DNA from: Acanthaster planci
Lineage: Eukaryota
Assembly: GCF_001949145.1 (NCBI RefSeq)
Contig: NW_019091357.1
Span: 3,076,859-3,140,858, forward strand
DNA: 64,000 nt
Direction: 5' to 3'
Positions 39,075 through 49,690 of the stretch are shown here, one piece after another. The notes beneath the pieces are model-generated. The model worked only from the letters and a program-made list of their open reading frames with translations. It did not search any database and was not told the origin of the DNA. Made by a program: the position numbers and the translations under genes. The number at the start of each line of letters is the position of its first letter. The first letter of the stretch is position 1.

Positions 39075-39150
39075 ATAATATTTGAAGGTTTCATCGGAGG
39101 CAAAGACATAGAAATTGCAATAGACGACGTGAATGTTACCGTTAGTAATG
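39075..39150 (+). CDS. Receptor B MAM exon 3
   Basis: GCACAG acceptor, ATG|GTAAGT donor, phase 0-1. IIFEGFIGGKDIEIAIDDVNVTVSN is a canonical MAM C-terminus (IxFEG...IAIDDV). Confidence 0.92.
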
Positions 39151-40247
39151 GTAAGTTCCAAATGTTCTCTTCAGTGCACTTTTTTATATCCATGGCCTGT
39201 ACCAAACCTTTCCTATATAAGGGCTTTTCGACATGAGGCACACCCGGCTCGAAATCGATTAATTATACATGTACCGTCTTTAATGGAAACTGTCAAACTG
39301 TTAACATGGCCCAATTTTTGTTTGAATCCTATCTTGATATCCAATGCTCACATTAAAAAAAAACAGTTCAGTCATATTGCATCATTTCAATGGTCCCTGT
39401 ACAGGCTAGCCTTCATGTTCATGTGGATTAAAAATATTGCTGTGGAACAATGAACATATGCAACCGGTTTAAAATTGACGAGATTTTTCCAGTGCTGCTT
39501 GACACGCTCATTGAAGGAGGGGCCAATGCCAGAGTGTATATGCCTTGCGCTTTCAACTTCTTCTGCAATCTGAAGAAAACCACGCACTGGATATTATTAA
39601 TGTTAAAAACAGAGAGTTTAGAATGCCGGTTAATATCGATAATCCCTTTTCCCGAAGCAGGCCAGCATTCTGTATAGTTATGGGTACAAAAATGATCTCG
39701 GTTCGCGCAGTTATAAATACAAAATATAAGAGATGCGTTTGGAGGTAGAGTTAGAGAACTTTGCGTTGCCTGTTTATCGTTCTTAAGACATGCTGCGTGT
39801 TTGTAGCAGAAAACATGAAAATATAATTCTGATCCCTGAAAACATGTTCTGCGAGTGGGCCGTAGGCGTGTTGGCAACTACGCATCCTCCATAACCTTAA
39901 AGATATGGGTCTGCAGGAGAACAAAATACGCAAACTCTATATTTAGTTAGGAATTCCGTTCAATATGTGTCTGTGCCTATGCCGGACATAAACTTGGGGA
40001 CTGGTGACAGACATTTCCAGTATATAAGCTCTCTAATTTTAACTCTTGTTTTCGTCTTGGTGGCGCTGTTTGAGACGGGATGCACTCATTCGAGCTTGGG
40101 TTTTTGTAACTCTGAAACAGTTTCTGCTGGAAACTTTAAATCCCAAAGGGATTGAAAATGCCATTTACGAAGTATTTGGGTTTTTTTTGGGGGGGGGTCG
40201 ATTTATGTCTGGCAAATAAAAATGTGTTACTGATCGGCCCAAAACAG

Positions 40248-40406
40248 GAACCCCCCCTACAGTGCAGCCGCACACGACGTGGAATACGGGTAACGAGTCC
40301 AACGCGACCACTACGAGCCTACCAACCACGATGACCTCTGCTGGTCCTAGCAATCCCGAGCCGGGGCCGGAGGGACCTGACACGGGTGTGGATCCAGAGA
40401 CAGCTG
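40248..40406 (+). CDS. Receptor B Thr/Pro-rich stalk exon
   Basis: AACAG acceptor (weak tract, branch-like TACTGAT), CTG|GTATTT donor, phase 1-1. GTPPTVQPHTTWNTGNESNATTTSLPTTMTSAGPSNPEPGPEGPDTGVDPETA, with N-glycosylation sequons NES and NAT. Confidence 0.8.
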
Positions 40407-41069
40407 GTATTTGGTCTATCCATACAAGAAATGCTTTTTAATCATCTTAAGGATTTTCTTGGTTCAAGCGTTTCGGGGGGTAGGGAAGGGCGGGGCAAAG
40501 TTAACCCCCACGTCGGGCTTGGAAGACAAAGTATACCAGTAACCTACTTCCATTTAGCAGATGAAATAGGAGGGCACTACTTGGTTTGGCGAAAGCTTCG
40601 ATATTCATCACGCGATTAGTTTTTCCTTATTCTACTAACTTAAACCTCACACGTCTCTTGCCTCCGCCATTTCAGTGTCAGTACCGAGGGAAAGGGGAAG
40701 GTTGCCACCCCGAAACATAAACGGCACCACTGATCTGTACGTGGGGTGCTGTGATAATTTCCTACTGGTTAAAAAATTGACACTTTTAGCAGAAAGGTCA
40801 CCCCCCCCACCAAAGTCCTGGATACGCCAATGCGTCATACAACTGAGAGGCTCGTTTGTATACCGTCACCAATGTAGAAAGAGTTGCACCGCACTGCCCC
40901 AATCACAGTATACTGAAGAGAAATTTGCTTTCTAATTTGACTGACTCCACACAAAAAAATGCATTGGGTTGTCGGTGACGCTGGCTTTGAAATGTTGGGG
41001 CAAGAAAACCAAACTGAGTGTTGTGATGACAATACCTCTCACTTTCTCTATCTCTACTCTACTAAGCAG

Positions 41070-41084
41070 AGGATAGTAATATAT
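41070..41084 (+). CDS. Receptor B candidate 15-nt microexon (EDSNI)
   Basis: Long CT tract plus CTAAGCAG acceptor, AGGATAGTAATATAT, GTAAGT donor; phase 1-1, frame-preserving. Confidence 0.6.
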
Positions 41085-42091
41085 GTAAGTAACGTAAGTC
41101 CCCTCCTTTCTTTTACCGATAAAAGTAGTCAGCAAACTGAGAAAAAATAATTTGATTCATTGGACAATTTTCCGCATGAGCACTGACTGTGCAAAATCAA
41201 GACAGAGTTTAATATACAACCTTTAAACCGTTTGGTTTTATAACAGTTTCCTGACAAATTCTCCAGTCAGCTTGCCTTGTGCTTATCACCGATCATTGTT
41301 TGTTCTATTTGAAGACTCATGCTATCATAAGATATTCGAGTGTGAATGGCTCTCAATTTTTTTATTCTTCTATCCACTACCTAAGCCTTTATCTGTGATA
41401 GTTTGCGCAACTGTCTAAGTGGTGCTGGGTACCGATGTCTTTGATCCATAGCGTGATGTCCTCACACAACTGGCCGGCTTTAGTACTGCCTCGCCCCGTT
41501 GCCGCCGGCCACAACTCTTTGAAATGACTCCAGCCAGTGTTCGAACTGTGCAAATTAATTTCAAAAGGTGATTGAGCGCGAGAGTTGGGCAATATGTTGT
41601 GCCCCTGCCTCATGTTTGCAACCAAAATGTTTACTACACAGGAGTGGGGTGGAATGGACTGACTTTTTCAATGTTTAGTACGTTCTAGGTTCTAGACCAT
41701 ATGCCGAATCGTGGAAGCACTATTTGTTTGGCAAAGAAACTATCAGGAAAAACGAACACATTAGCTGTTCCATCAGTAATTCCAAAGTGGGAAGGCTGAT
41801 ATCCATTTCTTCTAAAAGAGTATGAGCTCATTTTCTAAATCATTTTTAGTCGCTTACACTTCTTATTGCGGAGACTTGCTTTCATCTACCTGTTATAAAA
41901 ACTAACAACAATGCATGTTTAGGTAAACTGCCAACGACCCTGCGATTACGGTTTCTAATGACACGCGATATTGCAATGTATTTTGATGTACCCACTGCCT
42001 TGTGTATGCAACGGGAGTGGCCAAATCGAAGGTTCTTTCGAGAATACGATTTTTGCTGAGCAACGGCTTTCTCTGTATCTGTTCCATGCAG

Positions 42092-42188
42092 TGAGCCTGG
42101 TCGTCATTGCACTGGTTCTATTTGCGGCTACGTGCTTCATGCTGCTAGTGACCCTGATGATTCACATCCGCTTCAGATCCAAGAGAAG
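42092..42188 (+). CDS. Receptor B transmembrane exon (97 nt), GC donor
   Basis: CTTTCTCTGTATCTGTTCCATGCAG acceptor; SLVVIALVLFAATCFMLLVTLMIHIRFRSKR(R); ends AAG|GCAAGC. Same length and phases (1-2) as the receptor A TM exon. Confidence 0.8.
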
Positions 42189-42613
42189 GCAAGCATCGAT
42201 ACAAAACTACAGCGAAAGTTGATATCTAAATATACTTCGCACGTTCTGCTAGCTAGAAGGTCAACCTATACAGATGATATTGACCCCCTCTTCCTCCAAG
42301 CAGGCTAATGGTTGGCCACATGAAGCTATTTATTTATAAGGCAAACAACGAAATGATGAAGTAAAAGATGATCGCTTAAGGAAATGTTACTTTCGAGACG
42401 GGGGCAGAAACAGGAAGACGATGGCTAAGGGAAACCCAACAAAAAAACTAAAAACAACAAATTAATCAATTCCAAATGTTTTGGGGTGAAACCCCACCTA
42501 GGTTTGCAAGTTGTGAATGGTGAAAAAAATGCCCCCATATCGACCCAGCAACTGCAGATCAAAATGATTTTTATCAAATTATATGTAAATCACATTTTAC
42601 TACTCATTTACAG

Positions 42614-43442
42614 GAGACGGGGACGGTTTCATGAGCCTTTCACATTTGGGTCAGAGTTCTTCAACCGCCATTCCATGGATCCCAGCGAAGCTACGGCCTA
42701 CATGACCCTGAACTTCCCCCCTAGTTCCACCTCTGGTTCGGGGCTAGAGTTCCTCTCAATGTCCGAACGTCGCTCCTGCGACGCAAGGGACTCAAAACGG
42801 TCAAAACCTTCCGACGGCGCACAATCCAAGCGCTCGTCAGGGCTACATGCCTCAGCCGAGAGCATCCGCCGAAGCGCGTATACTAGGCGCTCCACCGGGG
42901 GCCAACGCCGCCAGAGCCGGACCTTCCCTGTCTCTAAGGAGCTAAAGAATCTACTGGAGAGTGTGCAGATGCGCAGGTTCCGGACGCTGAGCCAGCACAT
43001 GTCGGTGGCAGATGTAGAGACTCTACGACGTACGCTCAGTAGTCAAGGCGAAACCGCCCCAAACAGCGACCGGACTGTGTCGACCGTTCTACTAGACGCC
43101 ACCGCGTCCTCCCTGAGAAAGATGAGCGACATGTCTGATCATTTTTACTATAGCCTGTTTCCGACAGTAGGTATTGTCAGCTGCAAGAACTCGCTGGTGG
43201 CCTCCGAGGACTCCGACCAAATTATTGAACTGAAGGACAGAAGGCCCGCCTCAGGTGAATATGACTCTGATGATCTTGAAGTACAGGCAGTAACTAGTGG
43301 CTCCTTGCTCATTAAGTCCGAGAGTCAGAGCGAATCTGAGAGTGACCGATCGGTGGCACCGGAGACAACCCAGATGGTGGACAATGAGATCTATGAATGT
43401 TTTACCAACTCTGACGCATCTAGCTCAGGAACGGTACAATAG
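42614..43442 (+). CDS. Receptor B terminal exon, ~275-aa Ser/Arg-rich cytoplasmic tail
   Basis: Part of the 318-aa ORF. Phase-2 acceptor CATTTACAG|G at 42613/42614; stop TAG 43440-43442; AATAAA at 43767-43772. Confidence 0.85.
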
Positions 43443-46400
43443 CCAAACATCTGACACCGAACCCTCTAGTTTAACGATTCTCTATAGAGTTCCCACCTGC
43501 ATAAGGTCATTGTGAAAGAAACATGTCCATCACAATATGCTTCGGACACCCACGGCAAGGTTAAGTTCAAAGAACACTTAGAAATTCACCGGCACTGCAG
43601 GATTTTACTTGGATTTTAATCTGAGTACTGCAGAAACCCGTGGTCCAATCACTTTCTTGTTGGTTAGTGAGAACTGAGGCGCATTTCCAGTGGCTCTTTG
43701 AAGGGTTAATTTTAAAAAGAGATTGCACTGACAGGCAACGGTTGGTTGCCGTGAATGGATTCTTGTAATAAAGCGTTTCACTTAAGTGTTAACAGAGCGA
43801 TCCCTCAGTGGCATTGAGTTTTTGGAATGTTGTTTCCCTATTTACCCAAATTCGCAAAGTGGGTGAAGAATGAAAGGTGGAAAGATATCACACCGAAATG
43901 GCTGCTCGATACTATGGACCTTTTTCACCCATTTGACTGACTGTAAACAATACCACCACTTGTACACTGCCTTGGCCACGGTGATCGTATATATTCCTAC
44001 GGGCAGCTTCAACCACGTGCATGCGCACGTGCGAACGCTGCATGCTTGACTAGGTTATCTTGAATAGGTAGATTACCATCACAACACAATGCACTCATTA
44101 CCATCACGACAGATCATAGGTCCAGCACGATCGTGACATCACAGAAAAAAAGTCTATAACTTATACACATAAAGTAACATGCTTTCATGAAATTTAAATA
44201 TAGAGAACATTGCATTAATTGGTCAACAAGATCGGAAGCAAGTAACATGTTTACTTAACGATTAATGCTCTACTTTGAAACGTTATCAACTCTGTTGCTG
44301 ATTGAGGGTTGAAAGAATGAAGACATGTATTTGTTTTCCGTCCATCCAATACACCTATCTCGCACAAAGATATTAAAGAATAAACCCAGAAGAAACCATT
44401 ACAAGTAGTTTTTTATTTGGAAAGAAAACAGATTTTCAGTTTATAATTGATGCTTTTCAGACGAATTAACATATTGTACATATTTAATGGTACAAAGGTT
44501 ATTTTTTAACAATGAGCAAATATTTCGGGAACAAGCTTCATACTCTTTCATTTTCTAATTTGAAACACCAGCTGAAGGTCGCCTCGTTATGTTTTGTAAA
44601 TAAAATAGCAAGATTTAAATGACTGGTTCTAGTAGCTTTGTGGATGTGGGCAGATTATTTGGAACTGCTGAACGTCAATATAATTCTACGAAATTATTTC
44701 TAGCCATAAAGGCTATAACATCGGGTTTACATCAAGTCAGCTGGGGTTGTTGGCATTGTCCACCATCTTGCACATTCTTGCTCCTGTGCAAAGTGACGTG
44801 TTTTAGCGTCTGTCAGGTCCTTTGTTGGAGATTGAGTTGATTTCGATATCGCGAGAAAAAAAGGTTAGCAGCACATATGATGCGATGCAATTGCAGTCAT
44901 GATCGCACGCCAATACTGAAACTAGGCACAGTTTAATATAGCAAGGCAGCGATTCCTGAATAAGACATCCTATAAACACCAAGTCACTCAAAGACGCTTC
45001 AATGGATATTACAGAAAAATATTGCACGAAGGCAATTTTTCTAGGCTTGTTTAATTGTTTAATGACATTGGGTATAAAGGTCCACCGTTGAGTGTATTTC
45101 GCTGCAAATTACGTAGTTACGTAGTTCAGTGTTTTTACTTGACAATGACCTCAATCTGGTTTAAAGGTCTAATCTTACTGATAAACAGTTGTGTGCAGTA
45201 TTAAACACATTACAAATTGAAACCCTATTCGTATGCAAATTTGAAAATGTCGACGTTTACCCCTTTCTTTATTTTAGTGAAAGGCAATGTCCACTCGAAT
45301 ATCAATTTTGTCAAAATCGTTCCAACTAATAATGGTTAATGATTCGTTTTCGTCAATTCGAACCAGAAATCTAAAGAAGCTGCACGGTTCGAGCGTCGAT
45401 GAAGGGTGTGTGATCACTGGATATTGACCAACCGCCGCAGAATCAAAAAGCCAACATGTGATGGACGTTATGGAAGAATACAGACGGGACATCGACAAAA
45501 CGCTATGTCACACGAGATGGCGCTGTTTACCGCTATGTGTTCATTTCACGACCCATTTCCCACGAGCAACAAGCGATTACCAAAATGCAAAACGTTGCTC
45601 TTGCCTGGACTCGTTGTCAATTATACCGTCACACACGTTTGAACGACAGAAGTGTGTTTGTTTCTTGTTCTCTCTTTTTTTTTCAATAAAAGGTATGCCG
45701 CAATAGACCGTGTCTTGTAGAGTAGTTTGCGCTTTGTTTGCAGGAGACAGCCGTTTCCCCCCACCCCTTAGTTGAGTAATTATCAACCTGTCCCTGAATG
45801 TTGACCGTGATTTCACAACATCAGTTAACACTGGGATTTCGACCAACATTTGCAAAGGTTCATTGACACCTACACGCTTATTAATTAAATATTTACTGGA
45901 CCCTGGTAACATATACGAGTACTTTCACAGGGGGCGCAAACAACATATGTATGTCTGTGCGGTTAACAACGTAAATCACAAGGGAAATGGTTCGAGCTAG
46001 ACTTGAAATCAAGTCGTTAGTAGTGTTTGTCGTCCAGAACAACCGATATGAGCCAGCATGCTTCGGCCTTTGAAAATCAGTCATGAGCCTGTTCACCGTC
46101 GCCCGCGATCCATCCTGCTTGCCGCGCTGATTCGGCAAGGATACGATGCGTGGTCGTGGGCTGTTCAGTATGATGTACTATTTACGAAACACATTTCTGC
46201 CTCTTTCTAGCCTCTTCCAAGGCGACCCAACGGCATGACGGCTACCTTGACTCGTGCCGTCCCCGTCGCGCCGTTCCCTTCTTGCCATTATGTTTGCAGG
46301 CACACAACGCGTCGCGTCGTGCGTCGCGTCGTGCTGTCTTACGTCCATTCCTTGTTGCATAATTCTGCCTCAACGTCGCTTCTCAATATCCCTTTTAATG

Positions 46401-46913
46401 TGACGCTGACAAAGTACACAGAACTATTCAAGAACAAATCTATTAACTATCTTGTTTGGTAAAAGAACCGGTGCTTTTATCTTGTTAAAATAATGTAAAC
46501 ACCCTCTTCAATGAACGAGACTCTGGGTGTTGGTAATACACATTCAACTGGCCAATCAAACTGCCACTATAAATAATTATTCATATTATAGGGATTCTTC
46601 GCCAATCAGAGAGTTCCGTCTAATTTTTGGTAGCAGGCCCCATATGTTGTGCATATTGTGTTATGCAGATTGCTCAAGTCAGTAATTGGGCACTGCCGAA
46701 CACGTATTGACTGCACGCGTATCCGCACTGCGTACACGTCGCGAGGAAGGTGGACTCCACCCGGCCAAATGCCGACTTGATTTCAAGTCTACGTCCGAGG
46801 CAAAGAACCTCTCGGCAGTTTTCTTATTCTCCATACAAATTGACAGTGGTTGCAATTTTACAAATATTCGACAGATGGAAGTGAAATACACATTATATAC
46901 GTTATTGTACACA

Positions 46914-47127
46914 AGGGCGGATCTAAGAAAGCAAACGGGGGCCATGCCCCCCAAAACGATCCCATTTTTCCACTTTCCAATAATCGTAAAGGACAAAAGG
47001 CGATTTTTTGGCGAATTCCTTTTCTTTCCAAAAGTGTAAAAGTCCCAGAATGTAGCCTAACCCTTCAGAAAGGCCATAAAAATGACATGTTACACCTGAA
47101 AATTGATTTTGCTTCTTGATCCGCCCT
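46914..47127. mobile_element. Short non-autonomous DNA element with AGGGCGGATC terminal inverted repeats
   Basis: AGGGCGGATCTAAGA at 46914 versus TCTTGATCCGCCCT ending at 47127. Related ends (GGATCCG/GGATACG after C-runs) near 7715, 40820 and 58475. No TSD seen. Confidence 0.6.
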
Positions 47128-48774
47128 CAAAATAACCAGCTTCTTACTAGCAATAAACTTTGAAAGCTTACACTTAAAATTACCAACAAATGCCAAAACA
47201 GAAAGGTTCGAAAAGGCGTTAGGTAGTCCACATTGAAAGAACCGCCAATGGTGACTTTCAGAAACAAGTTTTAGCTGTTCTGATTTTGTTTTATTTCAGT
47301 TTCAAGGAAACTCGGTTCATTATTGGCAAGAGCGGACCTACGCCCTGCGCTAACCTCTTGAACCTTTCAGCTAGCAAAAGAAGTATCTTACCTTCATTGC
47401 TGGTCTTGTTCATATAATCCTCGCCACAGTAGTAGGGGTCACTGAACACTGGATCACGCTGTTTCTGTCTCTCCATCAGATGCCAGGGCCCAACCGTCCA
47501 CCATGCTGTCTCGTGAACCCAGTCGTTCAAATCTAAGATCTATCCCAGGAACGTTGTCCTTTAGGTCGATCTTATCCAGATAATGTTAGTCTCTTTTGTG
47601 CTGAGGACAACCAGTGACTTTGTGATTACTCTTACCGAAAAAGCGTTCATGGTGGTTGATCTTTTTTCCACTAGGAAGTCCTTTTTGCAGGACTCTCTCA
47701 TCCATGTCTTCAGACTTTAGTGATTCCTCCCGTAGCACTACTGCACTTGAATTAGACCTGCCAGTTGATTTTCAGCTTGTCAGCCAGGTCGCGTAATTTC
47801 AACTGACCTGCCTGAGTTTATGATTGTGCCTTGACCAGCTAAGTTTTGAGTTTCAAGCGAACATTAAATAGCATAATCCATAACATCCATGTTGCCAAGA
47901 CGTCCGTGGTTAGTGAAATAATTTGACACGCGACGTGCTTCGGTTCAGAACTAACGTTACTCTTAGAAGTGCACAATACTTTGGTATCATGATTGGGAGA
48001 AAATGTCTCACACAGCCACGTAACAACCACTGATAGAGCATTTGTGACTGACGTGAAAGCTAAATGCGGGTATAAGAGAACACCTGCAGATCATTTTGCT
48101 ACATAAACGAGGCAAAAGTCTTGTGTTCCCCAGCTCACATAATAGGCGATAACAGAACAAAGACACCAGGAAATTCCAGAGCTCGAGATTTCCACACATT
48201 TCGGATTCCAGGCTTTCTTTAGAGTTGACGGTGAATGCGTGTTGCCCCCCCCCCACTCTCCAGACAAAAGATCATTTCATTAGATCAGATACTTTGGGAC
48301 ACGCGCGTTCTGCGGGTGTCTCTCACACAATAGGTGAGAACAAGACAAAGACGCAAGTACGCTCTACAGTTTCGGCGTTATAGACACTCCAGATTTGTAT
48401 AGCTTTTATTCTTGTTCCTTATTTTCAGACAGAAGAAAACTATGTTAAATCATGCAATCAGAGCAAATTAAAACAGATTCTTCACACAGAGGGCGAGAAC
48501 GAGACTATATCTAAAATTATCTAGAGTTGACAGTTGCGGTTTATTTTGAGGAGCCAGTGTATTTTGAGCAGGGGGAATTCTAATGCAAATTCAAAAGGTT
48601 GAAAAGGTAATTTAGCAACACAAATCTAAGATATTTAGCCTTTTCAATTTAAAGCGGATGGGTATAATTACAGTCGATGCTGACGTGGAAAATAGCCTCA
48701 GTTCTCTTAGGTGTGATATCGTCGTTGGTAGATCGAACTGGCACCCTGTGGCTGATTATCATGCTCTTCTTGGT

Positions 48775-48970
48775 ATGAGCCACGAGCTGGACCAAGAGGG
48801 CGCAATTTTCCTAGCAACGAAGGCTCCCTTGGTCGGAACTGCACTTCGCTGGTTCACAAACTACTATAAAATGCACCCGTTATTGGGCGCGAGGCTACAC
48901 CAGCAAAATGAACACTCCCGACTAATATTGCTCTTTTCAACTGATGAGGGGGTGCTTCTCCTCAAGGCGA
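48775..48970 (-). repeat. Dispersed repeat family 1, copy 4
   Basis: GAGCTGGACCAAGAGGGCG...GGTCGGAACTGCACTTCGCTGGTTCAC...CAACTGATGAGGGGGTGCTTCT. Confidence 0.85.
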
Positions 48971-49595
48971 ATGGTTTTGGCAAAAGGTACTGTCAATTAA
49001 AACTATAAGGGTGTAATGTCTCGAGGTTCCTTTTTAATCGGTCGCTAGCCTTTAATCAGCAAAAACTGAGGATGCTTTAACGCCTATTTGTGCTCCCTTG
49101 TAAGAGATAGCCACAGGAGACTGCTCTACAAGAAGATTCCAAAATACCAGAACCATGACCCAGACTATCTTTCTTAGGTGAATAAATAATCATGAATAAA
49201 ATAAGTGACAAGATGCTGGTCTTCACACTGCTTTTGTGAGGATATATTTTTGACCAATTGTAAGGCACATTTGACCTATTACAATTACTGTTCCGAGTTT
49301 TTTGCCTCAAACCAACTGCGGATAAAATATGCTATAAAGTCAGTTTATCCGAAGTTCTCCCGTCTGTCGTTTCCCTGGATTCAGTTACAACTATTATAAC
49401 ACTCTCTGTGTGACTGTGGCACTATAACGCTGAGCTCCCGTCATTCGTTGGATGCGTGTGCTGTCCTGCCGATTTATGTCATTGTTATGCACGAAAAGTG
49501 CTGAGCACTCATTGACATGGCACACGCAGATGAATTAATATTCTCCGTGCGATCAAGTTTAATAGGAGCTCTTGAATGCTAAGCTTGTGACACTG

Positions 49596-49690
49596 AGGCC
49601 AATTTCGAACGTCGTGCAGCATGTCGATTGTAATTGAACTTGATTTTTTTTTAATCAGCATGGTATTAGCACGACGTTTGAAACCAGTTT
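49596..49690. repeat. Small inverted-repeat element
   Basis: TTTCGAACGTCGTGC near 49602 pairs with GCACGACGTTTGAAA near 49669. The same right end recurs at 50385-50407 (AGCACGACGTTTGAAACGGGCCC). Confidence 0.5.

Noticed and set aside
42486..42613. N-terminus of the 318-aa ORF
   Set aside because: GTG start, AT-rich, ends at a canonical acceptor; intronic.
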